From: Phoronis australis
Lineage: Eukaryota; Animalia; Phoronida
NCBI GenBank assembly: GCA_002633005.1
Contig: NMRA01000269.1
Location: forward strand, 407,169 to 471,168
Length of the DNA stretch: 64,000 nucleotides
Reading direction: 5' to 3'
Positions 14,297 to 28,832 of this stretch are shown piece by piece. Position 1 is the stretch's first letter. Each line of letters starts with the position of its first letter. A model generated the notes under the pieces. It was given only the letters and a program-made list of their open reading frames with translations. It had not been told where the DNA came from and searched no databases. The position numbers were made by a program, and so were the translations under genes.

Positions 14297-14941
14297 AAGC
14301 GCTTTAACATTAGGGGAACTTCACCAAAACTTCGCGTACCTTTACCACTTAATAGCGACATCGAAGTTATCGCTAAGACAACAGACGATGCACTTCATCA
14401 TACTCTCAAACTAATCTTGAGCAGTGGATTGAAGGGTAACTGGAAATTAAATCAGTTTTTGGCCACTGTAAGATTAAAAACCCGACGATCGCCGCACAAA
14501 TAAAAAAGTTCATGTTTAATCAATGTTCCGTCTATTCATTGTAGATCATCAGGATCATATTTATAACAACTTCGGACAGCAAGTGCCAACATACAACTTT
14601 TTTATTTGTGCAGCTATCGTCCAGTTTCTACTAGCTGAAAATTGTTTGCCAGCCATTTACGAATGTTAATGAAAATGATCAGTGTCTTTCTTCATCAGAT
14701 ATGCTTCTTTTTATTTATATACGTCTGTCTGTTGAGAGCACTTCAACTGCGCTACAATAACAAAGACTACGTTTTGCAAGTCTCGCGTGATCTACCGCTT
14801 CGTCTTTTGTGTTCCCACTACACTGAAACTTCCTACCATTTTAAGCTAAGTTTCGCTTGCAGATTAACTACCGGAGTTGACCTTTCCCACTTATCGAAAC
14901 TTTGGTAAAAGCGAAGTTTCGCTTCTAATGGGAAAGCGACT
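14297..14941. mobile_element. Family A MITE, second diverged copy
   Basis: Shares ATGAAAATGATCAGTGTCTT...CATCAGATATGC, TTTTGCAAGTCTCGCGTGATC and the right end GCGAAGTTTCGCTTCTAATGGGAAAGCGAC with 4085-5027. Confidence 0.75.
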
Positions 14942-16319
14942 TTTATTGCTGTGAGGTCATCACTAATGTACTTAAGATCAGCATTCCTGATTAACAGGCT
15001 TCCTGAACACAGCGGTTCCTGACCACAGCGGTTCTTGTACAAGTCTGTTGAAGAGGAACAAGGTGCCGATCGGAACGAATTTCTCATGTGCTCGACTCAT
15101 GACTTGCTGTGCGTATGTCACAACCTCATGATGGATAGAAGTAATCCAACTTTTCCAAGAAGTCACACAACCTGGCAACTTGAGACAATCATCTTGAAAT
15201 GCTGGTTGCAGGTTTGTTGTTCACTTATCAACTTTCATTTCAAAAGAATGACTTTGAAGCGACTGTAGTCCATTCACTTCAAGGCAAGTCAGTGACATGT
15301 TTAGAACTGATTTGCATATAACCCAGTGACCCTCACTACCTTCAGAATTCTTGAGTAAACTAACAAAATAATGTCTGTGAGCATAACTTTTTGGAGTTGG
15401 TTAATTTTTTCAAACCAAACAATCTTCAAGTCTGCCAATGGTATCGATCACGGTGAAAAAGTGGGTGGGTGTGATCATAACGCGAGAACAAGACCCCACA
15501 TATCTACTTCAGCTGGATTAGCGTTTCAACGGAAAGATAAGAAATCAAGCCAGTCAAAAACGCATACCTCATTATCCAAGCCATTCATTGGAAAAGCACG
15601 GTAAAAAGGAAGAAAATCCATGTAAGAATCAATGTCGGAGACGTCATGACAACCACTAGAACAGATACCTAAAGAATAACATACCCCCTCCCCTCCTTAC
15701 GGACAGAATAACATACACCCCCCTCTCCTCCCTCGCTTATGCATCAATTCAACATTGTTCTATCAAGTGGTTGTAATTAGATTCTTACACTCAGTTCTTC
15801 TGGTTTAATTAACAGAACCGTATTCTTAAAAGAATAACGACACTCACAAACATATGTTAATCGTAGCGTCTAAAGAGTAGGCGAGTTCAATTCTGAGAAA
15901 CTGGTCAGCTTGGAAAATTAAGTAACGAAACCAAATTCCTTACAAAAATGATTTGTGGAAAAGGGCTTGATAGCCAGCTATATAATATCAAACAGCGCAA
16001 TACAGGAGATGATAGAAGAAAGATCGATAGGGTATCAGTTTCGCATAATCAGGTCACTGCTTATGTTCTCAGGATTTCTTTTGAATGCCCCAGTTGTCAA
16101 CTCCAATTCTTCACCACCAACAGAGCTAAAATGGGTGGGCCTTGTGCTAGTGCTAGATGGACACCTGATAGTGTTGTCACACTGGCCAAGAAACTAAATT
16201 ACACATTCCTTGATCCTAAAGGGGGGCTTGTAATAGGTTGCGCTTCATCAGGAATGTTCCTCATGTCAAAAATGATTTGAGCATTACTGGAAACGGCTTT
16301 CCTTCTTGCTGCATCTGAC

Positions 16320-16655
16320 TTAAGGTTATGCGGACAAATCCTTACTTATAGCCAAACATCCACAAAACTTTTGGAAGAATGCCTGACAAATTTCATTTTT
16401 TACCCTGTATCAATCTATGGGAAACGTGACCATGTTAGTCTGGAAATTTTTAGCAAAAACGACAGATACAACATGAGCAAATTTCGCTTGATGTAAATAT
16501 TCAAGATGAAATCTCAAAAATGCTGTTAGCTTTCATTGTAATTTATAAGAGCCCTATTGTTGATAGCCTCAGGCGAAAAAGTGGAACGTTTTAATTGGAG
16601 AACATGGAATAAAGCATAATATCTGAGATATGACTTCCAAAGTTGGCCAAATTTG
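16320..16655. mobile_element. Family E copy, internally deleted
   Basis: Starts TTAAGGTTATGCGG; core TCAAGATGAAATCTCAAAAATGCTG is identical to 38062. Confidence 0.6.
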
Positions 16656-17952
16656 TATATTTTTATACCATCCTAAATAACCATAAGTAGACTAGTAACA
16701 GCTCTTAAAAGAAACCAGGCACATTCCTGCAAGACTAATATATTGCTGGTAGATAAGAAAGAATAATAATTATTTGGCCCATATCCACTAACTTGTAAAA
16801 CACTTGACATACCAATAATTTCAAATCAGTTGATTATTGTTAAATGTCAAAAACTACAGAAAAGGCACATGCTCACAACAGGAACATCAAATTAGAAAAC
16901 CAAGACATCCCACAATACTCTCTCAGTGGTCTTAGCAATAAAATTCGAAAATATGGTTTCCAGGAGCCACTAACTAGAATGGGTAATTTGGCTCAGGTGG
17001 GTAGTAGGCTTATCCTGAAATACCACACCATCACTCCTATTCTTACGGTATCTACCCACGATGCAACAAGTGTAAAGCACTTGTCCTCATTCTTCAGATG
17101 CAAGTGAACTAGCCACTATCTGATATCTTAACTAATATGTAAGTAATCATAGTAGCGGAAGAACACTTGTAACGTAATCTGAGTTTCAATCCTGTCGCCA
17201 AAAATTGTCGTCAAGGGCAAATATCAGTCTCAGAGTGCTTCCAGTGCTACTTGGTTAATATTTGCATGACATTTTGAAAAGTGGGTCAGTCAAACAACAA
17301 ATATTTCCACCTCAACGACGACAGAGAATTCAATCCAGGGTGAGCTGATCTGGCTTTCTGGTAACAAGTGGATAATCATTGTCATATATGATTCCTTATC
17401 AAGCTGCATTACCTTGGTATCTGATTTCCAGCTGGATTTTGTGCATTAGCCACTTACAGAAGTTCTGGATTCTGAGAACCAATTTGATGCCCGTTGTTCA
17501 GTAGAGAAACCTAGTTCTCAAAATGCGGGACCCCTATAAGTGACTGTTGACAAATTTAGAACGAGAGTCACCACGAGAGCCATCAATTGTCCAACGTCCA
17601 ATACCAAAGATTTGAGGTATTTTTTACATGAATTTAAGGTCAACTATAGGACTTTTGCTTGACCCAATTTCAAATTGAGATGACCAAAATGGAATGAGTT
17701 TTTGTCATTGACGGACATTTGGTGACAGATATTTTTGCGTGAATCATTGTAACATCTTCCAGCACAACAGTGATAATTAGACAAGGAATTTATAACAAAA
17801 TGTGAAATTCCACAGCTCTACAGTCAACATTTGAACCTAAACATCTGAATCTAACAAGGGCCACAGATGGCGCTGAACATCATCCATAAAGCACTCTATA
17901 TCCATCACGTGATCTTGTGACATGGGAAAAGGACTACAAAATAAACTCGGGC

Positions 17953-18074
17953 GAGAGTTCAGTAACGCCGGGACCTCGCTAAAAAGCAAAACTTTGTGAG
18001 ATTTCACGAGAAATTGCTCCATATTTTAAAAGAGAATGTGTGATTTTGGCTACATTTTAGCGAGGTCTTAGCGT
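17953..18074. mobile_element. Family C MITE copy
   Basis: GAGTTCAGTAACGCCGGGACCTCGCTAAAAAGC ... TTTTAGCGAGGTCTTAGCGT. Confidence 0.7.
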
Positions 18075-18644
18075 AGCTCCTAGCGTTGTTGATCTCTACT
18101 CCTCAGGTATCCCACCACTTCGTCAACTGTTGAACAATCACTAGAGAAAGCACAGCAAAGGATGTTTATGTTTTCAATCAACCCCACAGAGTGAAGAAAA
18201 CCTGGCTGATTGCCCCAGGCTTGAAGTATTGGCCATGGCATTGATTTAAAACATTACCCAGTTATTGAGTATTTTCCACTTTGAGACCAGTTAAATCAAC
18301 ACAGAAACATGCCGCTCTCTATGTTGGGCGAGATCAACATGTCCATAGGTCAGAGCACAGAGTTGTGGAAGTCTAATATTAGTTTGTGCATGAACACAAG
18401 AGGATGATGGTGTTGGCGGTACTACAGGGGCAATACCTTTATTGATATTGACCACTTATCATTGTCGCGTATGGTTCCAAACAATTGAAGTAGTATACAA
18501 GATTTATTTCAGATATTATGTGCTGTTGTTTATCAACAGAATAAGAAATAATAGGGGACAGCATCTCCAATAAAAGGTCACTCACAATTATTGCAATTAA
18601 TAAAAGTATATAATAGGACTCAGGGAGAGGGGGAGGTGGACAAC

Positions 18645-18726
18645 TTTTGTTGCAAGTGTGCAGTTTTGTTGCAAGTGTGCAGTTTTGTTGCAAGTGTGCA
18701 GTTTTTTTTGCAAGTGTGCAGTTTTG
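18645..18726. repeat. Tandem repeat, about 4 copies of 19-bp TTTTGTTGCAAGTGTGCAG
   Basis: Directly visible. Confidence 0.93.
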
Positions 18727-19384
18727 ATGACATCAAATGGCGATGTGACGAAACAAAAATTTAACCCTTTATTTAATGCCGTTTCACATTGGTGAAAATG
18801 ATGGAACTACCAACAGCACGTTGCCACGATTCTCCGACGGTAACACTTAGTTGCCCCAGTAATGCACGATACCTAGATACTCCATACATCCGCAAGAATA
18901 AAAATAATTTTTAACGTGTTCGGAGACGGAAGGTGGAAAAGGATACATTCTGAACTGTTATGAACATGGAGATAATTGCGAACGATCCTAGAGCCCGGCA
19001 AAGTTTCAAAACTTTCAAAACCTATTTTGGTACAACGGATGAATGAAAACCTTCATCTATATTCTGGACCAACTCTTAAACTTTCAATCCCCTTTGTAAA
19101 AACTGAGCGAAATTATTACAACTAGTTTGCGAATATCTCCCAGGTACATTACATTACAAGCACCAGTGGGAGTAGATAAAATTGCTAAGACTGAGGGCTG
19201 CAGAGATTTTCTATACCTCAGTGTCCCCAAGAAACCCCTTCATACAGCACTGGGTCATGATTGTGGACAGGATACACAATTGGATCTAGTACAATGCAAG
19301 ACAAAACTAGACAAAATATCACTTCCCCATCACGGCGGCTAATTCTTATAACAGAAAACAGTCTAGTAATAATTATTAAGGATT

Positions 19385-19555
19385 CAAAATTCTAATTACA
19401 GAATGGCTTGGCTACCATACTAACATTCCTGTAGCTTCCCCTTCCTTCTCCGTCATGAGAGAAGTCTGCTCTCATGATTAATTCGGCTTCCGCCCTGCCC
19501 TCATGACAGGGAATTCTGGGTCATTTTGTCTGAATACTTTTGGCTTGTGCTGTAT
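19385..19555. repeat. Interspersed repeat, second copy at about 61617-61790
   Basis: CAAAATTCTAATTACAGAwTGGCTT...GTAGCTTCC...GGGAATT..GGTCA..TTGTCTGAATAC.TTTGGC shared. Confidence 0.6.
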
Positions 19556-22140
19556 TTCACAAGGACACGGGCACAGTTTTATTCATCACTATATACTGAA
19601 AGGATCAGAATGGCCACATGAAAGAACTACCAGCTACAAAAGATCAGCAGTTCTTAGAAAAATGATTAAAACGCCTACAGCTGATCACAACCAAGAATAG
19701 GGAGTCAAAAACAGTCTTTAGACCTCCACGAAGCTATTTTACTCAATTTCCTACAAACTGAAAACACAAAACCATTAGTAAACATGAAAAGACATTTCTA
19801 GGAAAATATCTGGTAGGGCAGACAAACAATGTCAGGAGGTTGCTAACTGTACTCCAGAAGCTTAGAATTACGAACAAACACCTCATGGGTTCAAATTTGT
19901 GTTGCTATCTTCACTTAGCATTCTTCGCAGAAGAGGTGGAAAGAGAAAATTCCTGCCACAAGTGGACTAAAGTGACAAACGACCAATCACAAAATTGGTG
20001 AGAAAGAAACAGTCGACTGCGACTTTTTATCAACATCAAAAACTTATGATAGAAAGTTCAACACATGCCTGGGTTACTGGGTATAATAAAATTGTTAGCG
20101 TGGGGATGAAACACCTGGTGATCAGCCCACCTGGAAAGCTGAACACGAAACTGACACAGACCTACTTCACTAATATTAGTCAAGTAGGAGTAACTCAGCA
20201 GGTCATGGATTTTAATTAACAGTGAATAGTGAGAGACCTGTTTAGAGTTTCATCTGCCAAGGAGGCTAGTGTGATCACTGCTTTGCTTTTCTCACAAGAA
20301 ACTAGATCTAAGGAATGGGAACGCACGCATCCACGCCTAATATACCTGCTCCCCTTCTATCTATTTACAAGAGAATGACAGACAGAGTACCAACAGTTTT
20401 TAACATCAGTGACACATGTTAGAAATAAATAAATACAATACAAGGTTGGCTCTGTATTCATACAATGGGTGGATGAGGCTAAATGGGGTAACAAACACAA
20501 TGGGAAAGCCACACATCTGAGGTTACGGTCTTTTGATAACATTCTGTTTAAAGGTCAGATGTTGATATCAAATCAAAATAGACCACAATGTTTGATAAAA
20601 ATGGTTTCACGTTACATAATTTAGGCAGACCAAGAATATAATATGCCCTTAGCTTTATTTACAAAATTTATATTGTGAAATTCAAATATCAGGTTTGAGT
20701 TCCACAAGGGAAAGCAGATAATGAGTGGAACAGTGTCTATGACATCGGAATGAAAACTGAGTTTCAAACCTAAACAAACCAACCCACAGAAGAGGAAGAC
20801 CTTTGCTTAATTAGACACCTCTATTTGGAATGAAGTTCATGTCTTGTCCACCTTCTCAATTTAGTTCTAAACCTCTGATCAGTGGTTAGGTTAGTAAACA
20901 CTAACAAATTATAAAAACGAATGAGCACCGAGACCCAGCATTAAGCAAATATATTCAAATTTATTCACTTCACAATTTTTTCTACCATAAATCAAATACG
21001 TTCTTTTCTGAATCAATGCACCTTAGCCCGTGTTCGGACACGCTCAGTACCATAATCATCAATTTTATAACTTAACTTCCTGATAAGTTTTGTCCCACTA
21101 CAGAACAAAAAAACATTGAAGAGGTTGCAGTTAATTTACCATCATCTTCAGGCCAACATGGTATTAGTTTGTGTTAGGCACTTCCCAGACATCTTTCTAT
21201 AAATACACACCTCCTGAAGAGATAAGTGCTTTATTATGACATCAAAACAGCCAAGGCTGAAGATAAAATATCCTCTTGTACCTATTCCACTCTAAAGTAG
21301 CCTTAGCCAAACACATTGATCATTTGGAAGCACAGGCGATGGGACTCTTGTATGGGAAATGGACCCTTGTGTCCCGTATTTTACGTCATCTTGAACACAA
21401 CCCTGGGAGAAAGATGGTGACAAATGACGATGGAGGTGATGTCACGCGACTGACTATAATTACAAGACGGTAATGATGTCATTATGTCACCAAAAAAACA
21501 CCGGGTGCATACTAAACTACCACAAGTTTCAAGAATATAGCTCAGTACGAATAACAAAAAGTGTTATTTACATTTGGGCCCTGTCATGGCAATCGGTTCC
21601 AGGCTTTTAACTACGAATTGTAACGCTAAATGGTCGTTGATTTCTCAAAGTAATGAAGTGCTTCCCATGATCCAGTATTCTCAAGGTTCTTGGTCAATCT
21701 GACCAGCTGGAAGCTCAAGCCCATGGGAGACCACTGGATAAAACAGATCTGCACGGTGATGCTAAATTAACAACAGACCACTACAAAACCAATGATGCCC
21801 ATCTCTTCAAGCTTTTTTTGCAGCAATGTGCCACTTGTTCAAATTTAATTTCGAAAAAGGAAAATGACACGAGCTAAGAAAGTTGGAAAGAGGTAGTTAA
21901 ATCATTGATGTACTTCACATATCTCACCTTTTCCTGAGTCCACCCCAGGGAAAAAAACAATTGAGGATCTGTGCACTGCTTTATGTTGGCCCTCTAACTA
22001 GGTTGGTCACAATCCTTGGGGGGGGGCATGTGAAACAGTTTGCACAAAATGGGATCAAAATTTCGAAACTAAAATTCCCAACTGACAAAAAAGCAGCAAA
22101 AATGTTCACCACCTAGTTTCAGCTTTTGAATGAAAAAGGG

Positions 22141-22232
22141 CAACGGTGACTTACAGGAGTCTCGCATTTTGAGAACCAGTTTGATGTCTGTTCTTCAAAG
22201 GAGAAAAATGTGGGACCCCTATAAGTGACTAT
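22141..22232. mobile_element. Short hairpin-type repeat family D (other copies about 17473-17551 and 54681-54735)
   Basis: Shared TGAGAACCAGTTTGATG..TTCA..GAGAAA core; GGTTCTCAAAAT/GGGACCCCTATAAGTGACT forms the inverted arm. Confidence 0.6.
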
Positions 22233-25200
22233 CAAGTGAAAAAGAGTAAGATTCTCCAAGGCTATTAATTCCCAACAATTTAAATGTCAAGCAAACATCT
22301 CCACAATACGCCATGCTGAGTGCTATAGGTTGTCAAATGCAATCTCATAATTACTCAAACTGCTTTTCAATAGAGACTACAATGGTGATCCAGTAATACG
22401 GATAATTGTGACAGAGAAAGCCAAATGTTTAATACCACAGAGTAGTTCTAATTGTCCTTGGCCTTTAATTAAAGGGTCTATCTCAACACATACTGCAGTG
22501 GATGGTAAAACAAACACGCCTCGGAGAGATAAACAGCGAGGATCAATAGCTTTACGTGACTGTCGTTTGGGCAACGTATGCAGCCAACAGCAAACCGATT
22601 ACGCCTTCACGTTGGTTGCTACAAGATTCGCCATTTCCAATATAGCGGTGACATAATGAAATGCGTCTTGCAGCTAGATGGTGATAGCGTCGTTGGTGGA
22701 CAGCATTTTGCTTTCCGGTACAGGGATTTATGCAGGGATTTCCCAATGTTTTTTGTGAAATGCTTTACGAACATCAGGTCACGCGAACGACGCACACCCA
22801 ATATTATTTCGAAAAATATTTTGGCCCTAACTTATTCGCACGAGGCTACTTGGAGGGAGTTTCTTGCCTCACCTAATTCTACTCGAGACAGTTTTGCACT
22901 TAGGAAAACATCACTGCTAAGACCTATCATTAATTCTTGAGATACACACCTTTTCAATATGTATATTCACCACTTAAATCATCCATTCACCTGTATGGGG
23001 TACCTCAGGCTGTTGTTACTTAAATATGTGGTGAAAGGGTGACCTGGACAAGTGTCCGTCACAAAAGAGTGCTTCACCACTCACGGGTAAAGTACTCTTA
23101 TATTGGAACAAGATAAAACAACCAGCGGTACAAATTCTCCAGTTTACGAAAGTGGAAAATTAATTATTTACCACATGATCAGAGCTCATACCGAACTTAA
23201 GAAACAGGCAATATTGGCCGTCTCAAATTCAAGAATTAATGACAACCTGTCATTTTCCTGGACGTTACCCTCATTCTAATTCACATTTACGCACTATGAG
23301 AACGCATGAAAAGGTAGTGTGGGTGGGTATTGTTGATGACTTCATGAACTGCCAAGCAAGAAATCGTTTTTAACACAAATGCGGTACTGTGCCCAATCTA
23401 TTGAGTTAGATTCTGTAACAAAACCAAGACAATTTTACTTGTTAGTAAGTCACTGAGTCCCAACATAAACCTAACCACCTATTCATCCTCTCTGTGAAAA
23501 GGAAACTGAAAACCAATATCAAAATCTCTCTGCATCAAAACCTGGGGACATAAGGTATTGTGCTGTGGGAAGACATGGGTAACCACAAGGAAATATGTCA
23601 AGTTGTTTAGTCCACAGTCATGCTCCATCACATGTACAAGTTTGCAGAGTAAATAAATACAACCTGCCATAATACACCTACATAGGAAGGGCCATGTTGC
23701 TCTGTGTCTTTCACCAATTATCAGTTTGTTTATCACATATGCTTGTTGTGTTTCACTTAGGTTGTGAGGGTCCGGGGAGAGTGGGGGCTGGGGGGTTGTG
23801 GGTGTGGGAGGTAGGCTAACACACCAAAACTGCCACTGATCTCCACCACGGACAATAACACTCCCCTCATTTCAGAGCTTCAGAATTACTTCTCCAGAAA
23901 ATTGCAGAATGAAAAGAACGCAAGACCAGCATTTATATCAAGGTGAAGTCACAATCAGATTTGTTGTGAACCTGAGAAAAGACCCCTGCAATCTCAATTG
24001 TGGTTCATCTTGAGCGATTACTCGCTCGCTTTCCTCAAATAGTACTTTTTAACCACAAAAACATATGCTTTAACTGTTCAAATTAAGTTTTAATGCAGGG
24101 AGCTTTGCAAGTTCGTGAATCCGAGACCGGAGACGCGAAGTAGCAAGCAGAGGGAGGCCAGGAGAACACGTAGCCACTACAACCTACATAGGATTTTTTG
24201 GGGTTTTTTTTATAACCAAACGGCCTCCTTTTTGAGCACCCAGAGTGAATTTATGGCAGTAGACGTGTTGTCTGATGGCGGTCTTCGCAAGATTTTTCGG
24301 CATCAAATCCATCCATGGTAACTACGTGGGAACTGAGAACTACGTGGCAGATTGTAAGAAGTAGTCTGAGGTCTGAGGACAACCAAAGCTCCAGACAGTC
24401 TCCCCAGATCTGTCAGCAACAACTCAATCAAACAATACAGTTCCCAGCACAAACACCCCAGCTCATAAACCAGGAGATCTGTCTACAGTCTATAATCAAA
24501 CTACCATACATCATGGATTAGTTTACTATATGACCTCAATATCTCCCTCAGGCCAAAGAAATGCTGACATTGGAATGAGCATGGATTTTCAGTCACCAAT
24601 TAAAAGCCTTGCTTAAGCAACTGTTCCCACACAAACCTCACCACACAGTCTCCTAAAGTCTGCTGTTCCCAATAGTGGACAAACAATAATAATTTACAAC
24701 CTCAAGGAAAATCCGTGGAATGTTAAAAACGTTATGATACTAAATTTGAAAACTCAATTTAAACATCTGTATCAAATTACACATCCAGAACCAAATACTA
24801 CTGTTATAGTATGGTGAATAATTTGCAAATAATTTGATTATAATGCTATGTATATGTCAATGGAAAATGGGGATCACACACTGTGAATCAGTTACATAAT
24901 ATTACGTAAGTGAATCTAGCTTCTAGCTGAGTAAAATAGCACTGAAGAATAGTAAAAAACAACTGCAATTTGGGGGAAAACAATTGCATGAAACTGAATG
25001 GCAAACAAAACATATTTCAACAAAAACATAACAAAAACACGAAATAAATTCGAAAATGTGTCAATCACCATGAATATCACACAGTTACAAATCCTGAGAC
25101 ATATTGACCACTCCAACTGGTGACCACTTACCCGCCAAGACGGAATAAAAAATAGGCCGTGTGATACAGCCATCATCATCCGCTGGTGGTCTAAGGTGGT

Positions 25201-27098
25201 TAATTAATCCAACAAATGTTCCACGTAAAGTGCCGACAGAATTCCATTATGTTTTCCAGCAATAATCCACACAGCCAGGTTCCAGCCCTCCACTAGTACA
25301 AATGTGATCAAACTGTGACATTGCTTAGAATTTGGATTAGACCACTCCAATGTAGGGGTGATAAGGAATTGGGGCGATCCTATTACTTCGAAAAGGGTAG
25401 GCAAAAGACGGATATCGGAGAACTGCAGTTAAAAAATCAGAAGTGAATTTACGTTTCACACGCTAGTGCTATTGTAAGAAAAATAATATCGGCATATGGG
25501 AACTGAATAGTTACATTATTTCCAACAAATATAAACACAGAGCATATTTTGTAAAAGGTATCTGTGACAAGTTCGTATTTCAAGTAGAACACAAATTAGT
25601 TCACATTAAAATCCTATATTTAGTGCAGTATAAAAACAATTGAAATCGAGTATGAAAACAATGTAAGCTACTGAATGAAATACATTCAAATCGCCAAGTA
25701 TTTTTAGAAAGTAATTAAAAACAAGCCGTCGACGTAAATTGAGTACTCGGGAGAAATCATCTCTCCCGCTACCAGCTATTTTATCAAAGTGATTGCGTGA
25801 ACAACAGTTGTGATACCCTTGTGTTTTTCACTCTAGCAACAGGAAATTCGCTTTGAGATCGTAATGGGGTATCAGGAAATCGAACCGATCAGACAGAAGG
25901 CTATTATATAAAGTCTGACGGTCTCAGGCAACAAACGTAAATCGTTGGAGAATTGAGATGACAAAAAGCCATGGCTACGCGAACAACCAACCTGTGTCAG
26001 ATGATCTAGACCAAGACAGTGGTACACCATGATGAAAGGCAGTAATCGCACAAAATAACCATGCCATTTGATACAATGAACAATAACATTGCCTCTTCTG
26101 GATTGGATTTATGCGGGTACCATTGTAATAAGCACAGCCTTAGGATCATAGTATCAGCTTATGTATACCCAGGTCAGGTAGAGAAAATGATCACAGAGGC
26201 GTGGTTGACCTACAACTTCAAAACCAGAACAGAAATGGAATTTAAAGATGGAATTTAAATAATTTACCATGTTTGGTTAATGGACATTTGTAACTAAGAC
26301 CAATAACAGATGGGTCACTGGTTCTTTGGGTGCTCAACAATTCATGCAACAGTTTAAGGTAGGGATCATTTTAGAAAAACATGACCTTCAGGGCCTCAAA
26401 TCTATGGGCACATTTGAAGGACCTATGAGTCATTTTAGTACTGTCTGTCCTGTTTTGATTTGAGCGTTTCGGTGGGGCAGCTTTTTAACAAATGGGATTC
26501 TGTCAGCTACCTGAGTACTTTACGAGATTAGTCATCAGTCTAAACTGCATTTCCATTTACTAACTAAATAAACCAATCAAAATTTGGGATCTGTATTATC
26601 CCAATAAGCCAGACCCCATGTTGTCAACATCCGTGTTTTGGTAACTCACATTAGTTTACCTCAGCTGCTCGCATTGAGGTAATGTCAAAATATGAATGCA
26701 AAGTGCAGGCCTATTGATCAAGAAAAAAACAGGCGTAATCACGCCATAATTTCAATGGGGATATTTAGTCTGAGTTAAGCAATCATAGTGCATCAATGAA
26801 ACTTTTTATGGATATGTACCAATGATAAGGGCAGAGTTCTTAAAATGGGGGCAAGCATTGAACCACCTTAATATTTAGACACGCTCGAGGATAAAATCGG
26901 ACAGTTTTAAGCAGCACAAGTACATTTAACGGGCATTCATCGTTGTTCTGCACCAGTCAACATAATTCACCTGGCAACAGGTCCATCGATGTTATTCCCA
27001 AGTGAAAATTGGAGGTAATAATACCGTATAGTTTACTGAGAAAAACATCTGCATTGGAAAACGAATTTTTGAGATTTTGAATTTCACCAAAACTTCAC

Positions 27099-27156
27099 TG
27101 GGGTCGGTGTGTGTGTAAATTATTCATTGGGGTCGGTGCGTCTGTAAATTATTCAT
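27099..27156. repeat. Tandem duplication, 2 x 29 bp
   Basis: TGGGGTCGGTGyGTsTGTAAATTATTCAT twice. Confidence 0.9.
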
Positions 27157-28341
27157 GACCTGCATGGTTTGTTCATTCAGTTGAAATCACCATCAGTATC
27201 ATAAAACCACTGTTGCTAGCGCATGTACTTTACTGCACTGAGTGTGTACTGTCAATCTGTGCCTATAGGGGTGACATACTTCCGGGTATTCACAAATCAT
27301 TTGGGGGGACACGCCCATTTATGGAATCGGTGCTGAAATATTTCCGGGATTTCAAAAATCATGGGAGGGGTACTAATGCTTTGCTATTAACCAAGCGTTA
27401 GAAAAACTGTGGAAAATGTAATTTGACTCCGAAAAGGCAGGCAGAATAATAGAGCAAAATTCCAGACAAATACTGTTAACAACTTTTTCCCTTTTCAAGG
27501 GCTTTTAACACAGTTGAGAACGTCACAAAGGTGTTTCATCATGGTAGTTAATAACTCGTAAATGGTAAAGTCTTATGAAGTCGTAACTTAGTGTTTATAA
27601 TTTTTTTAAAATGAGCAGACATAACTTGATTTAGCGACTGTTTACAATTATCACCAATTTCACGAGCGCACATACCGTACGCTTTAGGAGACGAGCTTGC
27701 CGCTAGCGTTGGCTTATGACATCGTAAAAATGGCATTTTTAATTACTTTTTTCACATCGTAAAAACATGGTGAAACAACCAAGAACAGAAATGTCATATG
27801 ATCCAACCAGGCAATAACAAATAACGGGAAGAATTGTTTGAAAATAATGTTTATTTTTATACTGGGCCACTGCACAAACAAATGCTTGCAATTAAGTTTT
27901 GAAGCACATTTGCAGTTTAACAGATGAGGTATCTTATAAAATAATGGGAGAGGGGAAAAGCTTACAGTTTGTACGCTTGTGAAAATGGCAATAATTATGA
28001 ATGGACCCTTCTCTTTTCTTTATTTTGGCCTAAGTGATGAGATCATACCACAGAGTTTGAAGCTACACCTTTTAACGAAATAAAACGAGGTCAAACTATT
28101 CTGCTGGACAATAGCATGAGTCACACACCAGAAAACATTCTTAAACAATGGAACAGAAAATGTCACTTGATGCCAAGTGTGGGTTAGGTGCAGAAAGTAA
28201 GAATGTCTACAAGGCAGAAATATTTGCCCAGTATTCAACAACTGTTGATATAAGTGTTTCTGCACTTCAAGTCATCTGGAAAGATTAACATAGCAAGGCT
28301 CTGATTAATGCCTGGCCGACAAGTGTTGTACAAAAATTATA

Positions 28342-28832
28342 ATTAAGGTTTTACGCCACCAAATTTGGCTAACTTTGGAACATCACATTTCAGAAGTGGC
28401 TGATCGGATGCGAATAAATTGTCAAATGTTACGCTTTATACAGTTCCATTTTTACACCAGGGGCAATAAAAATAGGACTTCAGTGACTTCCTTGAAAAAA
28501 TTCAAGTTGCACAGAACGAAAACGAAATGATATTTCAGAAAACAGTAACAGTGTTTTTCAGAGCTCATCTTGAACTTTTGGTATCAAATGAAATTCGGTC
28601 ACGTTATTGACAACGTTGTTTTATCATCAAAATACCTTTATTTTTGCGAAACTTTACTAAAAAGACACGGTCACGTGACCTGACAGTGGTAAAGAAGTAA
28701 TACGGTAAATCAAATTCTACATGGTTTCTACTTACAGAAAATATATGCTTTTACAGACATAAAACCTGTAATTTTGCAGACGTCTGTTTAATAAATATTC
28801 AAGACTAATCAATAAGGTCTTACATAACCTTA
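28342..28832. mobile_element. Family E copy (reverse orientation)
   Basis: TTAAGGTTTTACG ... TTACATAACCTTAG ends; CAAATTTGGCTAACTT, TCATCTTGAAC and AAGACACGGTCACGTGAC motifs (the last also near 52698). Confidence 0.55.

Noticed and set aside
22377-22940. Cluster of overlapping ORFs as a transposase or gene
   Set aside because: No recognisable domain; the similarity to 11082-11141 is nucleotide-level with no convincing protein conservation.
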